From positions 1-58,711 of IMG/VR virus record IMGVR_UViG_3300017784_002304: a stretch of DNA of 58,711 nucleotides; one strand, 5' to 3'. Origin of the DNA: a virus (Duplodnaviria; Caudoviricetes). The notes under the pieces were generated by a model, which saw only the letters and a program-made list of their open reading frames with translations, searched no databases and was not told the origin of the DNA. The position numbers and the translations under genes are program-made. Below are positions 27,295-36,871 of the stretch, piece after piece; position 1 is the first letter of the stretch; each line of letters opens with the position of its first letter.

Positions 27295-27906
27295 TCAGAA
27301 ACCACTGCCGATATTTATGCCCGCCTGCTGTAGGAGAGCAGAGATGTTCTCCTGACCAGTACCAGTGGCAGGAACAGCAGCACCTTCAGCGGCTTCCCAC
27401 CACGAGTAGTTGAGAGTCACGGGGAACTCGGCAATTTGGTCGTTGTTTTCGTAGGACAGGTCAATCGTGCCTACTTCGCTGGGGAAGCAGCCAACAAAGT
27501 TGTAGGTACGCAGTGCTTCGCCGTCGCGCTTCAACTGGGTCACCGACCACGTAGGCATGAACTGCATGAAGTTCACGTCTGAAGTGTTTGCAACGTGGCT
27601 GTTGAAACGAGCACTCCAAAATTCAAACGCAGACCGTAGTTTGAGGTTTGCGTCTGAAATAATGGTAAGGCTCCAGTCTTGGAACACGCGGTCGCCTGGA
27701 ATCTTGATGCGGCGACCACGATACGGAACTTCAATGGTGCCGAGCGAAGACGCAGGAATCTGCGCTGCCTTGCACAAGAACGAGATGGCACGAGTGTCGC
27801 TGAAACCGGGTATTATACCGTTTACTACGAACAGATTCGTGCGTACACCACCGCCCGAAAAGGCGTTTACAAACCCTGAAATGTTGTTAGTGGGTTCTAC
27901 TGGCAT
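27295..27906 (-). CDS. gp19: Tail tube protein gp19
   Basis: FLCKAAQIP, VPYRGRRIKIPGDRVF, FPSEVGTIDLSYE. Confidence 0.93.
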   Translation of the reverse strand: MPVEPTNNISGFVNAFSGGGVRTNLFVVNGIIPGFSDTRAISFLCKAAQIPASSLGTIEVPYRGRRIKIPGDRVFQDWSLTIISDANLKLRSAFEFWSARFNSHVANTSDVNFMQFMPTWSVTQLKRDGEALRTYNFVGCFPSEVGTIDLSYENNDQIAEFPVTLNYSWWEAAEGAAVPATGTGQENISALLQQAGINIGSGF

Positions 27907-27932
27907 GGTTACTCCTTCTGTTTATGTATGCC

Positions 27933-29984
27933 TTATCCACCAACCTCGTTGAAGTCCACGCCAGTGCTAGTGGCGACAAAGTTCAACTGGATGAAGTTGA
28001 TGCTGCGGGTAGGCTTGATGAAGATGTCTGCCACGAACTCATTACGGTCAATGACTTCGCCGGTGTTGTTCGTTTCGTCGCACACCACCTTGAAGTCGGT
28101 GATGCCACGACGCTGCTGAACAGTCTTGAGGAACGGAACCACAAGGTTCTTGAACTGTGCGCGAGTGAACGAGTCGTTCTGCTCGAACAGGAAGAACTTG
28201 GAAGCGGTTGCAATGGCTTTCTCAAGAATGATGAACAGGCGGCGCACATTGATGCGGTCAAACGCGCTCGGGCGGGTTTGCATGGTCTTGTCGCCAAACA
28301 GGATCACGCCTTCGCCAGGGAACGACACGACAGGGTTGACCTGACGGGTGTACAGTTCGTCGCGGTGTGCCTCGGAAGACGGGTTGTACGCCAACTTCAC
28401 CACACCCTTGACCTGCCCACGGTTGAAACCTGCGGGCGAGAACCACGCTTCGTTGGTGAACTCCGTACGAGCCACCAAGCCTGCGATGTCTGCGTTGAGT
28501 GGCATGACACGCAACAGGTTGTTGAACGTGTCCAGTTGGTACTTCCAACCGCTGTCCAGCACCGCGTACGACGAGTTCAGGTTGAAAGTGCTATCGCGGA
28601 AGGTCTTGATTGCGTTCAAGGCTTCGTACGGCAACTTGTTTTCAACATCTGTCTGCTGTGGAGACACGAATGCCATGCAGTCCAAACGCTTCTCGCACAC
28701 GTTTTGGATGACTAGTTGTGCAAGAGTAGCCGAAGCGTTGCCTAGTGGAAGCAGTGAAACGTCTACTAGGTCTGCGTCTGCAAACTTGCTCCAACCGTTT
28801 GCCCACCGCTCTGAATCGTTGGGAGTTGCCGATGCAGCACCAGTCAATCCCAAAGAGTTTACACCAGCACCAACAGCAGATAGGATTGATAGAGCAGGAC
28901 CAATCACTGTCCAGTTGGTGTTTGTTGCTGTGTAAGCGTTGTTTGCACCGTCAACATCCTGACCAAGTGCCCAAATATACGCCGACTGGTCATTGACCAC
29001 GGTTCGGTAGTAGTTGCTGCTGCCGTCAAACTTACGGGCATCGGTAGCGCGAGACACACCCTCAAATTTTTCAAGAAGAGAGTTTGCTGTTCCCGTCCAC
29101 TTGCCGTCCTTGTCCAGTACAAGCACGTTGATGAGGTCACCACCGCCGCCTGCATCGGAAGCGTAGGCGCTGGTGGTGGTGCCTATAGAAACGTACCCTG
29201 CGTACACACTCTTCAGATCAAACGTGTTTCCGATTGCTTGCCCCTTTGGAAGCAGCGTGCTCAACTGCAAACGAACTAGTGGAAGTGAGCCAGAAAGAGT
29301 AATACCACTGGTAACTCCAAAGAAGTCACCGTTAGTGGCAGTACGAGTAGTAAAAGTAGTGTTTGCCGTGGTTCCACTCTGAACTCCGCTTACACGAACC
29401 GAAGTTCCGTCAGCAAAGGTAATGGTGTCGCCAACTGCAAAATATCGAGTCAGGGACTGTCCACCAGTGTACATATCAATAAATGTTGCGCCTTGCAGTG
29501 CCTGAGCAGCCAATGAACCACCGGTGATTCCGGTTCCAGAAGTAATCACAACCTTCAGGCTGTTGCCCAGTGCGCCTGGATACTTTGATGCAAAAAGCAC
29601 ACCGGCGACGGCAGGAGTCGATGCCGACAGCCCCGCACTGGCTCCAAAGTTAGTTTCGTTGTTGATTACAAGGGTGGCAACACCAGTTGCACCCGCCTTG
29701 GTCACGGTGGCGTTCTTTGCCGCAGCCCCAACCACACGAACGGTTTGGCAGTTGTTGCCGTAGGACAGGAAGTTGCCTGCGGTGAAAAAGTCCACGTAGT
29801 TGTCGTTCTGTGGCTTCCCAAAGATGTTAGCCAGTTCGGTCTGGGAGGTCACAGTAACAATTTCGTCCACCGGACCCCAGTGGAAGTAGCCCGCGAAGCC
29901 GCCAGGAGTGGTGGCAACTGCGGGAACAATGGTGGTCAGGTCAATTTCCTTGATGCTTACGCCAGGGCTTACTCTAAATGCCAT
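27933..29984 (-). CDS. gp18: Tail sheath protein gp18
   Basis: SPGVSIKEIDLT, WFSPAGFNRG, FDRINVRRLF, IKPTRSINFIQLNF. Confidence 0.97.
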   Translation of the reverse strand: MAFRVSPGVSIKEIDLTTIVPAVATTPGGFAGYFHWGPVDEIVTVTSQTELANIFGKPQNDNYVDFFTAGNFLSYGNNCQTVRVVGAAAKNATVTKAGATGVATLVINNETNFGASAGLSASTPAVAGVLFASKYPGALGNSLKVVITSGTGITGGSLAAQALQGATFIDMYTGGQSLTRYFAVGDTITFADGTSVRVSGVQSGTTANTTFTTRTATNGDFFGVTSGITLSGSLPLVRLQLSTLLPKGQAIGNTFDLKSVYAGYVSIGTTTSAYASDAGGGGDLINVLVLDKDGKWTGTANSLLEKFEGVSRATDARKFDGSSNYYRTVVNDQSAYIWALGQDVDGANNAYTATNTNWTVIGPALSILSAVGAGVNSLGLTGAASATPNDSERWANGWSKFADADLVDVSLLPLGNASATLAQLVIQNVCEKRLDCMAFVSPQQTDVENKLPYEALNAIKTFRDSTFNLNSSYAVLDSGWKYQLDTFNNLLRVMPLNADIAGLVARTEFTNEAWFSPAGFNRGQVKGVVKLAYNPSSEAHRDELYTRQVNPVVSFPGEGVILFGDKTMQTRPSAFDRINVRRLFIILEKAIATASKFFLFEQNDSFTRAQFKNLVVPFLKTVQQRRGITDFKVVCDETNNTGEVIDRNEFVADIFIKPTRSINFIQLNFVATSTGVDFNEVGG

Positions 29985-30061
29985 TTGTGTGTCTCCTTGG
30001 TGAAGAAGTCAGTGTGTTTGTGCTGTCAGTATGTATTATTTCGTAACGGTCACCAAGTGCA

Positions 30062-31741
30062 TCAGAAATTCCACCCCATATCTAGGTCTTCTGCCCCTTT
30101 GCCTACTCGCCAAGTGGTGCCACTGTTGTCCCGCATTTCTGTTTGTACATCTCCCAAGCCGTCGTCCACGAACCCGAAGGGGGTCATTTCCTCCTCTAGT
30201 ACCTTCATTTGGTCTTCGTACAGGTCTTTGCGGATGTCGCTGCCAGTGATTGATTTGAAATATGTCTGTGTGGTGAGCCACCCAAACAACACTAGGGTCA
30301 TGGCAAGATCGTCGTTGTGGTTGTCTTCCGCTTCAAAGGAGTCGCCCTTGGCTACAAAGGTACACAACTCGTCCACGGTGTTGAAGTCTTCCACAATGAG
30401 TTTGGTGTCCTCCACAAGACTCTTCAAGATGGAGCACCCGATACGCTTCACTGCGGTGGAAGTCTTTACGCCCTTTACTGCTCCCCCTCGGTTGCCGAAG
30501 CCGCCGTTCACGACCTGACCCTTGCGACCCATTTGGGACACGTAGATCACGTTGTCGTACTCCAATTCGTCGTGCAGAATATCGGCTACCTGTCCACCAA
30601 TATCGTTTACCTCCACCAGTACGTACGCGTTGTTGTACTGGCGCAGCACCGGATAGATGGCATTGGGATACAACATGGGCGGTATTTGGTTGTTCCTGAA
30701 GGTGGCTACCACCCGATACGGAATTTGGGTCACGTCCACCACACTGAACGCGTGATAGTCCAGTCCCTGTCCCCGAGCAGTGTCCACAACTGCCACGTAG
30801 TTGTGCCCCACTACAGGCTTTTGATACACCCGCAGCCCCTCACCGTTCCAGTACTCTGGAGTGCGGTACACCATGCACTTCAGTTTCTCGGGGTGGATGA
30901 GCGTGTTCATCGACCCCAAGAATTCGCACTCAAACTCCGTGCGGAACTGCTCTTCGGACGTGTTTGATATGGTTTGCTTGCGCCACGCGTCATCACGACC
31001 AGGCACATCACTCCAGTGAACCTCTATGGGTACGTACTCGTTTTTGCCTTCTTCGCCAAGTTTCTTGTTCGCATTCACCCAAAAGCGGTAGAACATATTC
31101 AAGCCCTTGGGCGTTGAGATAATGGTCACCTTTGTGCTTTTACCGCTTGTAATAGTGGGATACACAGACGAGAAGAACTCTTCCGCTACATTCTGTGGCA
31201 CGTACGCAAACTCGTCCAAGAAGATGTAGTTGAACGATCCACCACGCACAGCCGATGACGATGTAGCCGAAGCAAGGATCTTGGATCCGTTTTCCAGTAC
31301 AATGGATCCCTTGTTCCACTCCACCACGCCCTGCTGCAACCACATGGGCAGGTACTCGTAGGCTAGTTTCAGGCGACCCAACAGTTCTCTTGCAGTGTTT
31401 AGTTTGTTTGCAAGAATGGCTACACTCATGCTCTGATTGAACAGCACATAGTGGAGCAGATACGAAATGATTGTGGTGGACTTACCTGTCTGACGGGGCA
31501 GTTTACCGATCACGAAACGGTTTTCGTGAATGGTGCGAATCATGTCCTCTTGGAAATCGTAAGGCTCGAACGGCACCAAGCCTTTGTCCAGTGACACGAT
31601 CTTCACGTAGTTCCGAATGAAGTACAGAGGGTCTTGAGAGCACTTCACGTACTCCTCGATCTGCTCGGGCGAAAAGTTGATCTTTACGCCCGCTGCCTTC
31701 AGATTGGAGTTGCCTAGGTACTTGTTGCTTTTACTGCTCAT
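30062..31741 (-). CDS. gp17: Terminase large subunit gp17
   Basis: PRQTGKST, FLDEFA, STPKGLN, DTARG, HNDDLAM. Confidence 0.97.
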   Translation of the reverse strand: MSSKSNKYLGNSNLKAAGVKINFSPEQIEEYVKCSQDPLYFIRNYVKIVSLDKGLVPFEPYDFQEDMIRTIHENRFVIGKLPRQTGKSTTIISYLLHYVLFNQSMSVAILANKLNTARELLGRLKLAYEYLPMWLQQGVVEWNKGSIVLENGSKILASATSSSAVRGGSFNYIFLDEFAYVPQNVAEEFFSSVYPTITSGKSTKVTIISTPKGLNMFYRFWVNANKKLGEEGKNEYVPIEVHWSDVPGRDDAWRKQTISNTSEEQFRTEFECEFLGSMNTLIHPEKLKCMVYRTPEYWNGEGLRVYQKPVVGHNYVAVVDTARGQGLDYHAFSVVDVTQIPYRVVATFRNNQIPPMLYPNAIYPVLRQYNNAYVLVEVNDIGGQVADILHDELEYDNVIYVSQMGRKGQVVNGGFGNRGGAVKGVKTSTAVKRIGCSILKSLVEDTKLIVEDFNTVDELCTFVAKGDSFEAEDNHNDDLAMTLVLFGWLTTQTYFKSITGSDIRKDLYEDQMKVLEEEMTPFGFVDDGLGDVQTEMRDNSGTTWRVGKGAEDLDMGWNF

Positions 31742-32228
31742 TGCTGTTGTCTTCCACTATGGCTTCCAGTACATCAGGTCTATTATCAAATGCCTTTGTG
31801 GTTGAACGAGCAGCGTTGATGATGTCTTGCAGATCCTTTGTGGACCCAAGGTAAATGGATTGGGTGGTGTTGTTCACGTTGTTCACAGTGGTTTCACTCT
31901 TTCGGATGGCTTTCACCTTCGTGTGCATTTCCAATAGATCCTTGTTTGTATCGGAAAGGGTTTTGATGAGTTGGGCTACCACCTCGTATGCTCGTGGGGA
32001 GTCTCCCTCTTGGGCTACGTTTATGATGCCGTCCAGTGCAACCTTTCCCGACTCCACCAGTTCTTTGAGATTCTTGCGCACAGAATCGTAGTCCAGCCGC
32101 AGGTCTGCGTCAATCCGCTCCTGCGAAAGCACTACACCTTCCGTTGGAACGGCTACCACAAGTGGTTTAGTTTCCGCAGAAGCCTCTGATGAGGGCACTC
32201 CCAACGCTTTGTCTATGCCTTCAAACAT
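31731..32228 (-). CDS. gp16: Terminase small subunit gp16
   Basis: DYDSVRKNL, SPRAYEV, NNTTQSIYLGSTKDLQ; GGAGG SD before ATG 32228. Confidence 0.88.
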   Translation of the reverse strand: MFEGIDKALGVPSSEASAETKPLVVAVPTEGVVLSQERIDADLRLDYDSVRKNLKELVESGKVALDGIINVAQEGDSPRAYEVVAQLIKTLSDTNKDLLEMHTKVKAIRKSETTVNNVNNTTQSIYLGSTKDLQDIINAARSTTKAFDNRPDVLEAIVEDNSNEQ

Positions 32229-32240
32229 ACCTACCTCCAT

Positions 32241-33107
32241 TCAAATATCCCAGTCCACAGTCACGCCACCAACTCCCATATCTGCCTCATAGGTAGTCCC
32301 GCCTTGAGCAAGATTTTCGTACACCTTGTAGTACGGTTGATATGTGGTGATACCCGCACTTGGACCGGAGATTCCCAAAGACACCTTGCCGTAGGTTGCG
32401 TAGTCTGTGGTGTTTCCTGCGGTGAACGTGATTCCGCCAACAGACGTGTTGTCCCATATATCCTTGTTCCACAGGTGGGAGTCCATGATACGAATTTCTT
32501 TGTACGTCTTCTTCGGTCCAAACAGATACGTCTTCATGCTGAAATTCAGTGTAAACACAATGTTTCTTCGGGTTTGGAAGTCTCCTTCGTAGTCTTCTTC
32601 GGAAGAGAAGCCCACCAACGACACAGGAATGTCCATCTTCTTATGCAGATCATCAAAGTTCACAGTCATAACAAACTCGGGCGCAAAATACGGCAGGATC
32701 TGCTCCACGATCTGCAAACCGTCTTCCATGTTGCGCACGTACACGTACAGAGAAAAGTCAATGTTGTACGGCACTTCCGCGTAACTGTATTGCGTGTTTG
32801 TAGACCCTGTGGATCCTACTGGCGGACGGTACAGCACCTTGGATACACTGTTTCGCTTTCGTAGTGCGTCGTATGCGTAACCTGTGATCTCGAAAGCCAT
32901 GCGCGGCAACACAATTTGGTTGGGGTTTTGCAGGTTGGGATCGCCTGCCAGACGCACCTTATACTTTTCTTTGGGAGCGTACGACAAGGGAACCAGTAGC
33001 CGCTTTGTGCCACTGCTTTCCACCTTGTCAATGTAGATTTCGTTGAACAGCGAGCCAAATGCCACGACCATTCTTCGGATGGAGCCGTTGTAGAACTTTG
33101 TGAACAT
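32241..33107 (-). CDS. gp15: Tail sheath stabilizer gp15
   Basis: FGSLFN, VPLSYAPKEK, LPRMAFE, QIVEQILPYF, YEGDF. Confidence 0.93.
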   Translation of the reverse strand: MFTKFYNGSIRRMVVAFGSLFNEIYIDKVESSGTKRLLVPLSYAPKEKYKVRLAGDPNLQNPNQIVLPRMAFEITGYAYDALRKRNSVSKVLYRPPVGSTGSTNTQYSYAEVPYNIDFSLYVYVRNMEDGLQIVEQILPYFAPEFVMTVNFDDLHKKMDIPVSLVGFSSEEDYEGDFQTRRNIVFTLNFSMKTYLFGPKKTYKEIRIMDSHLWNKDIWDNTSVGGITFTAGNTTDYATYGKVSLGISGPSAGITTYQPYYKVYENLAQGGTTYEADMGVGGVTVDWDI

Positions 33108-33979
33108 CAGTACAGCCCCTCACTGAAAGGATCCTGGTCAGTGAAATCAAAGATGTCGTCCTGTGTTTGCTCCAACTGGATCTGCTCGTTGTCTTGTTCG
33201 TCTTGATGAGCAGCACGAGTAGTGCTTTCAGACACACTGGACACCGTGCGAACCGTAGTGCTAGTGAGTCCAGTTATCGTCTGTCCTGCCAAGAACTCGC
33301 CCTCCTGCATATTCACCAACAGGGTACTATTAGCCGCAGTCCAACTCACAACCCGACCGTATGCACGCTTCGCAGTGGAAGTACCCGCGTACACTTCTTC
33401 GCCTTCAATAAAGTTTCCACTGCCCGTAACAACCACCGTTTTCAGGTACGAAGAGTGGACGTTCATTGCTGCGTCTAGTTCGCTTTCGCCAGTGTCGATC
33501 ACCTCGTTGGAAGACTTGAACGCTTCGCAACTCAGTTTAAAGCAGTACCGATCCCCTGCTTGGTAGAAGGGGTTGTCGTGTTTCACAAACTTGATTTCAA
33601 ACATTCCGTAGGGGTAGTCGAAGTACACAATATCGCCTTCTCGTGGGCGACCAATCTTGCGTATTTCAGGGTGGTGTCCCATCACCTCTAGGAACCGTTT
33701 ACGAGACACCACAAAGGTGGCAGACTCTTTCACTTCCAGTCCAAACCGACTCATCTCTTGGTCACCTTCAAGCCCTTCAGAGTTCTCCATGTACATTTCA
33801 ATACGGTTTGCGTCTTTGAACTGCGACACCTCTTCACCCAAAATGGTGTCTTCGGTTACCTTCTCTCGCGGAATGTACACCATGTCGTGACCGTAGATTT
33901 TGATGGCTTCGGTGGTCAACGATTCGAGCAGTTCTTGCTCGTTCTTGATGGTGCGGCGAAAGTAAGGGTTTACTGCCAT
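33107..33979 (-). CDS. gp14: Neck protein gp14
   Basis: EAIKIYG, YIPR, RPREGDIVY, FDFTDQDPF. Confidence 0.92.
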   Translation of the reverse strand: MAVNPYFRRTIKNEQELLESLTTEAIKIYGHDMVYIPREKVTEDTILGEEVSQFKDANRIEMYMENSEGLEGDQEMSRFGLEVKESATFVVSRKRFLEVMGHHPEIRKIGRPREGDIVYFDYPYGMFEIKFVKHDNPFYQAGDRYCFKLSCEAFKSSNEVIDTGESELDAAMNVHSSYLKTVVVTGSGNFIEGEEVYAGTSTAKRAYGRVVSWTAANSTLLVNMQEGEFLAGQTITGLTSTTVRTVSSVSESTTRAAHQDEQDNEQIQLEQTQDDIFDFTDQDPFSEGLY

Positions 33980-33981
33980 GT

Positions 33982-34746
33982 TCAGCCTGTGCAGAAGTCA
34001 GGTGGTTCTTCGTACTTCGTCATGTAGTCTTCCATGACCTTTTCCAGTTCTTCTTGGGCTTCACTGTAGATGCGCTGCCCGTTGAATGTAAGGTTTCCTG
34101 GAAGATTGATGCCGTCGTACTTGGACAGGTTTGCGCCCCACTGCCGCTTTATGAGTGCAATGGTGTGCCGTTTAAGCATGGTGTCGTTCCACACTTCCGT
34201 GTACAGGTCAGGATCGGTAGAGCGGTACGCTTCAATCAGCAGGAACTGCCCTGCCACAAAGTCTTTCCAGTTCATGTGGAGCGTGAGGCGGTTTGCGTAA
34301 CGGCTGAAGGTGATCTGCTTTTCAGGATCCAGTAACTGCTGCAACATCTCAATGTACTGCATGGTGGTCACAAAGTAATTCAGGTTCATCTGTCCTGTAC
34401 GCAACCCGTAGAAATCGTTCAGTGCCATTTGGTAGCGCACATTGAAGATGTTGTTGATTTGTAGGTTGAACCCAATTTGGAACACACGAGTAACGCTCAG
34501 TATTCGTGACCCGTCGCTGCCAAGGGAGTTTGTGTTCAAGTACCCGTTGTCTATGTCTTGTTGGGTGATTTGGTACTTGTAGTACGTCTTTTCGTGACCG
34601 TACATATGCCAATCAAAAAAGTGCCGAAGGGCTTCGTCAATACGGTCTTCCACTTGGGAATCGTCCACATTGATCTCAATGACCGGATGCCCAAGCGCAC
34701 GAAGCGCGTACTCTTTTAGTTCTTGTCGTGTGGTTGGGGTAGCCAT
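33982..34746 (-). CDS. gp13: Neck protein gp13
   Basis: YALRALGHPVIEINV, IKRQWGANLSKY, LPG. Confidence 0.93.
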   Translation of the reverse strand: MATPTTRQELKEYALRALGHPVIEINVDDSQVEDRIDEALRHFFDWHMYGHEKTYYKYQITQQDIDNGYLNTNSLGSDGSRILSVTRVFQIGFNLQINNIFNVRYQMALNDFYGLRTGQMNLNYFVTTMQYIEMLQQLLDPEKQITFSRYANRLTLHMNWKDFVAGQFLLIEAYRSTDPDLYTEVWNDTMLKRHTIALIKRQWGANLSKYDGINLPGNLTFNGQRIYSEAQEELEKVMEDYMTKYEEPPDFCTG

Positions 34747-34767
34747 CCAAAGAGTCTCCTTTGAGAT

Positions 34768-34775
34768 TATTTAGG
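34768..34775 (-). promoter_or_regulatory. Late promoter motif CCTAAATA upstream of gp13
   Basis: Followed by an AAGGAG RBS and the gp13 ATG. Confidence 0.7.
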
Positions 34776-35043
34776 AGATTTCCCGCTCTGATTGCAGAAA
34801 AGCCACCAGTCGTGCCAGTTCTCCCTCACGATTGCAGATTCGGTTTCCGTCTTCCCACACCAACGGCAAGCGCAGACTGTTTACTCCGTCAGAAATCCAG
34901 TGTTCTTGACCACAACGGTACACACGGGTCTTCCACCCGTACGGCACACTGTACAACGGCTCTATTTTGAGAAAATCTTCCCACGAGTACCGTCTGCCGT
35001 TTAGTTCAATCCACTCGTCTCCATAGTGTACAAGTGAAACCAC
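34771..35043 (-). CDS. Hypothetical protein (90 aa)
   Basis: Fills the gap between the LamG protein and gp13 on the coding strand; GTG start. Confidence 0.6.
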   Translation of the reverse strand: MVSLVHYGDEWIELNGRRYSWEDFLKIEPLYSVPYGWKTRVYRCGQEHWISDGVNSLRLPLVWEDGNRICNREGELARLVAFLQSEREIS

Positions 35044-35050
35044 ATTACCC

Positions 35051-36853
35051 TCACAAAGGAGATTCTGGTTCGTCCATCACAAAAAATGTGCCTGACTTGG
35101 TGTTTTTCTTTTCAGGAATAGTGGTGCTCTTCGTGATCTTTGCCTTGGGAGAGAACAGCAAACCACTACCCGATTTCAGAACTGTCGGAGCAATCTTTAC
35201 TGCTGCCTCTGTGGTGAAGCCTTGAATGCCATTCAGCGCAGTGTGGGTTGTTGCTCCCGAAACAGCCGACCGAACAGCGTAGCGCAAAACATTTCCAGTT
35301 GCTTTATACACAATCACGTCTTGGTACAGTCGGGCAACGTCTCCGGTTCGGAAATTGTACTGTGTACCGTAGTAGTCCTCTATCACAGTGTTTCCGGTGT
35401 GACCGACTACCACAATGTTGTCGTATGCGTTTCTCAACCACTCCACATTGCTTTGAATGGGCAAGAACGAGTACGTGTTGCCACCCGTCCAACCACTGAA
35501 CAGTAACGGGAAGTCTCCCGAGTTTCCAACAAATCCCTGCATAACAGTGACACCAAACAAGAAGTACGTGGTGTAGTCTGCTGCGTTTTGGCGCACCGTT
35601 CGCGCAGCAGTGATACCCATTGTTTGGGTCACACTGCTAACAATCATGCACGCGCCGCTATCGTAACCAAACACGTATCCACCACTACCGCCGGAAGTAG
35701 TGAAGCCCCCGCACACCCCGTTAAACAACGTGAGTCCGGTGACATCAGAGTCCTCACGGATCACCATAGACGCTCCAACTACCCCGTTGGGGGTGTCTGT
35801 GTACGAAACCGATGCAACCACACGGCACAGGTTGTCAACAGGGAACAAGGACTCCCCCAATGGACCAGTCATTGTCAGGTGGTACACGGTGTAGTCTCCC
35901 GCGTAATCTTGTTCCCACACGTGAGGAGCAGTGCTGCCCAGTCTGCTGTAGTCTGCAAGTGCAAGAGACACTCCACCCATGCGGATGTGCACGTCGTCCA
36001 GCCACCCCTTGAACGGATAGTCTCCTGATGCACCACTACCAACCATGAGTGGCGCAGTGCTGTTGCGAATCGCTCCACACAAACCTGCGGCAGAGTACAG
36101 TGAAGTGCCGTTCCAGTACGTCTTTACCGAAGCAGAGCCTCCACTGGATGCCCATGCCACCGCAAAGTGATTCCACTGGTTTACCGTGACACCAGCAGGA
36201 GAAACATTCACTACTCCCTGATAGCCTGCACTGGCGTATGCCGTATCAGAGTAGTGGAACTGTACCTGATTGGAAGTGCTGTCGTACTCCAATCGGAAAG
36301 AGTCGTTGGTGCTGTTGTTTATGCCGTCTGCACTACGGGTCACGATAATGGGATCGTAGTTTGAACTGGGTGTGGTTTGCAGGTACATCCACCCTTCCAA
36401 CAGGAAGTACGGAGTGGCAGAAGCCGACGTACCGAATGCGGGCAAACGAATACCTGCTGCTTTCTGTGCAGCAAGATCCAGTAGAGTGCCCTTGAACTGT
36501 CCTGCACGAACACCAATCTCTCCCGACACACCCACTGTACCGATGGTGGGCACAAAATCAGGCGAGGTCACGCCGCCCGAAGCGTAGTTGTTTACGATCA
36601 CCGGAGTAATGGTGGACTGAAACACACTTTCGTTCAGTATAAAACTACCGTATGCCGTTCCGCCCAACAACTGCTCGGTGAACGGGTGTATGGTTTTTTG
36701 CAGACCACCAATGGTTGCTGTTATGGTTGGCAGAGTATCGTCAACCACAACAGTGACCCCTGAGTTGTTGTCAGGCACATAGATGTCTGCATTGGTTGGA
36801 TTTGATGCCAACACCTCTCCGGTCGAACTGATGTTAAGAATGCGTTTTGGCAA
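35051..36853 (-). CDS. Virion protein with a LamG/concanavalin-like domain
   Basis: EGWMY, NQWNHFAVAW, YWNG, FKGWLDDVHI; TTG start with AAGGAG SD. Confidence 0.75.
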   Translation of the reverse strand: MPKRILNISSTGEVLASNPTNADIYVPDNNSGVTVVVDDTLPTITATIGGLQKTIHPFTEQLLGGTAYGSFILNESVFQSTITPVIVNNYASGGVTSPDFVPTIGTVGVSGEIGVRAGQFKGTLLDLAAQKAAGIRLPAFGTSASATPYFLLEGWMYLQTTPSSNYDPIIVTRSADGINNSTNDSFRLEYDSTSNQVQFHYSDTAYASAGYQGVVNVSPAGVTVNQWNHFAVAWASSGGSASVKTYWNGTSLYSAAGLCGAIRNSTAPLMVGSGASGDYPFKGWLDDVHIRMGGVSLALADYSRLGSTAPHVWEQDYAGDYTVYHLTMTGPLGESLFPVDNLCRVVASVSYTDTPNGVVGASMVIREDSDVTGLTLFNGVCGGFTTSGGSGGYVFGYDSGACMIVSSVTQTMGITAARTVRQNAADYTTYFLFGVTVMQGFVGNSGDFPLLFSGWTGGNTYSFLPIQSNVEWLRNAYDNIVVVGHTGNTVIEDYYGTQYNFRTGDVARLYQDVIVYKATGNVLRYAVRSAVSGATTHTALNGIQGFTTEAAVKIAPTVLKSGSGLLFSPKAKITKSTTIPEKKNTKSGTFFVMDEPESPL

Positions 36854-36871
36854 GGCTGTTCTCCTTACAGG

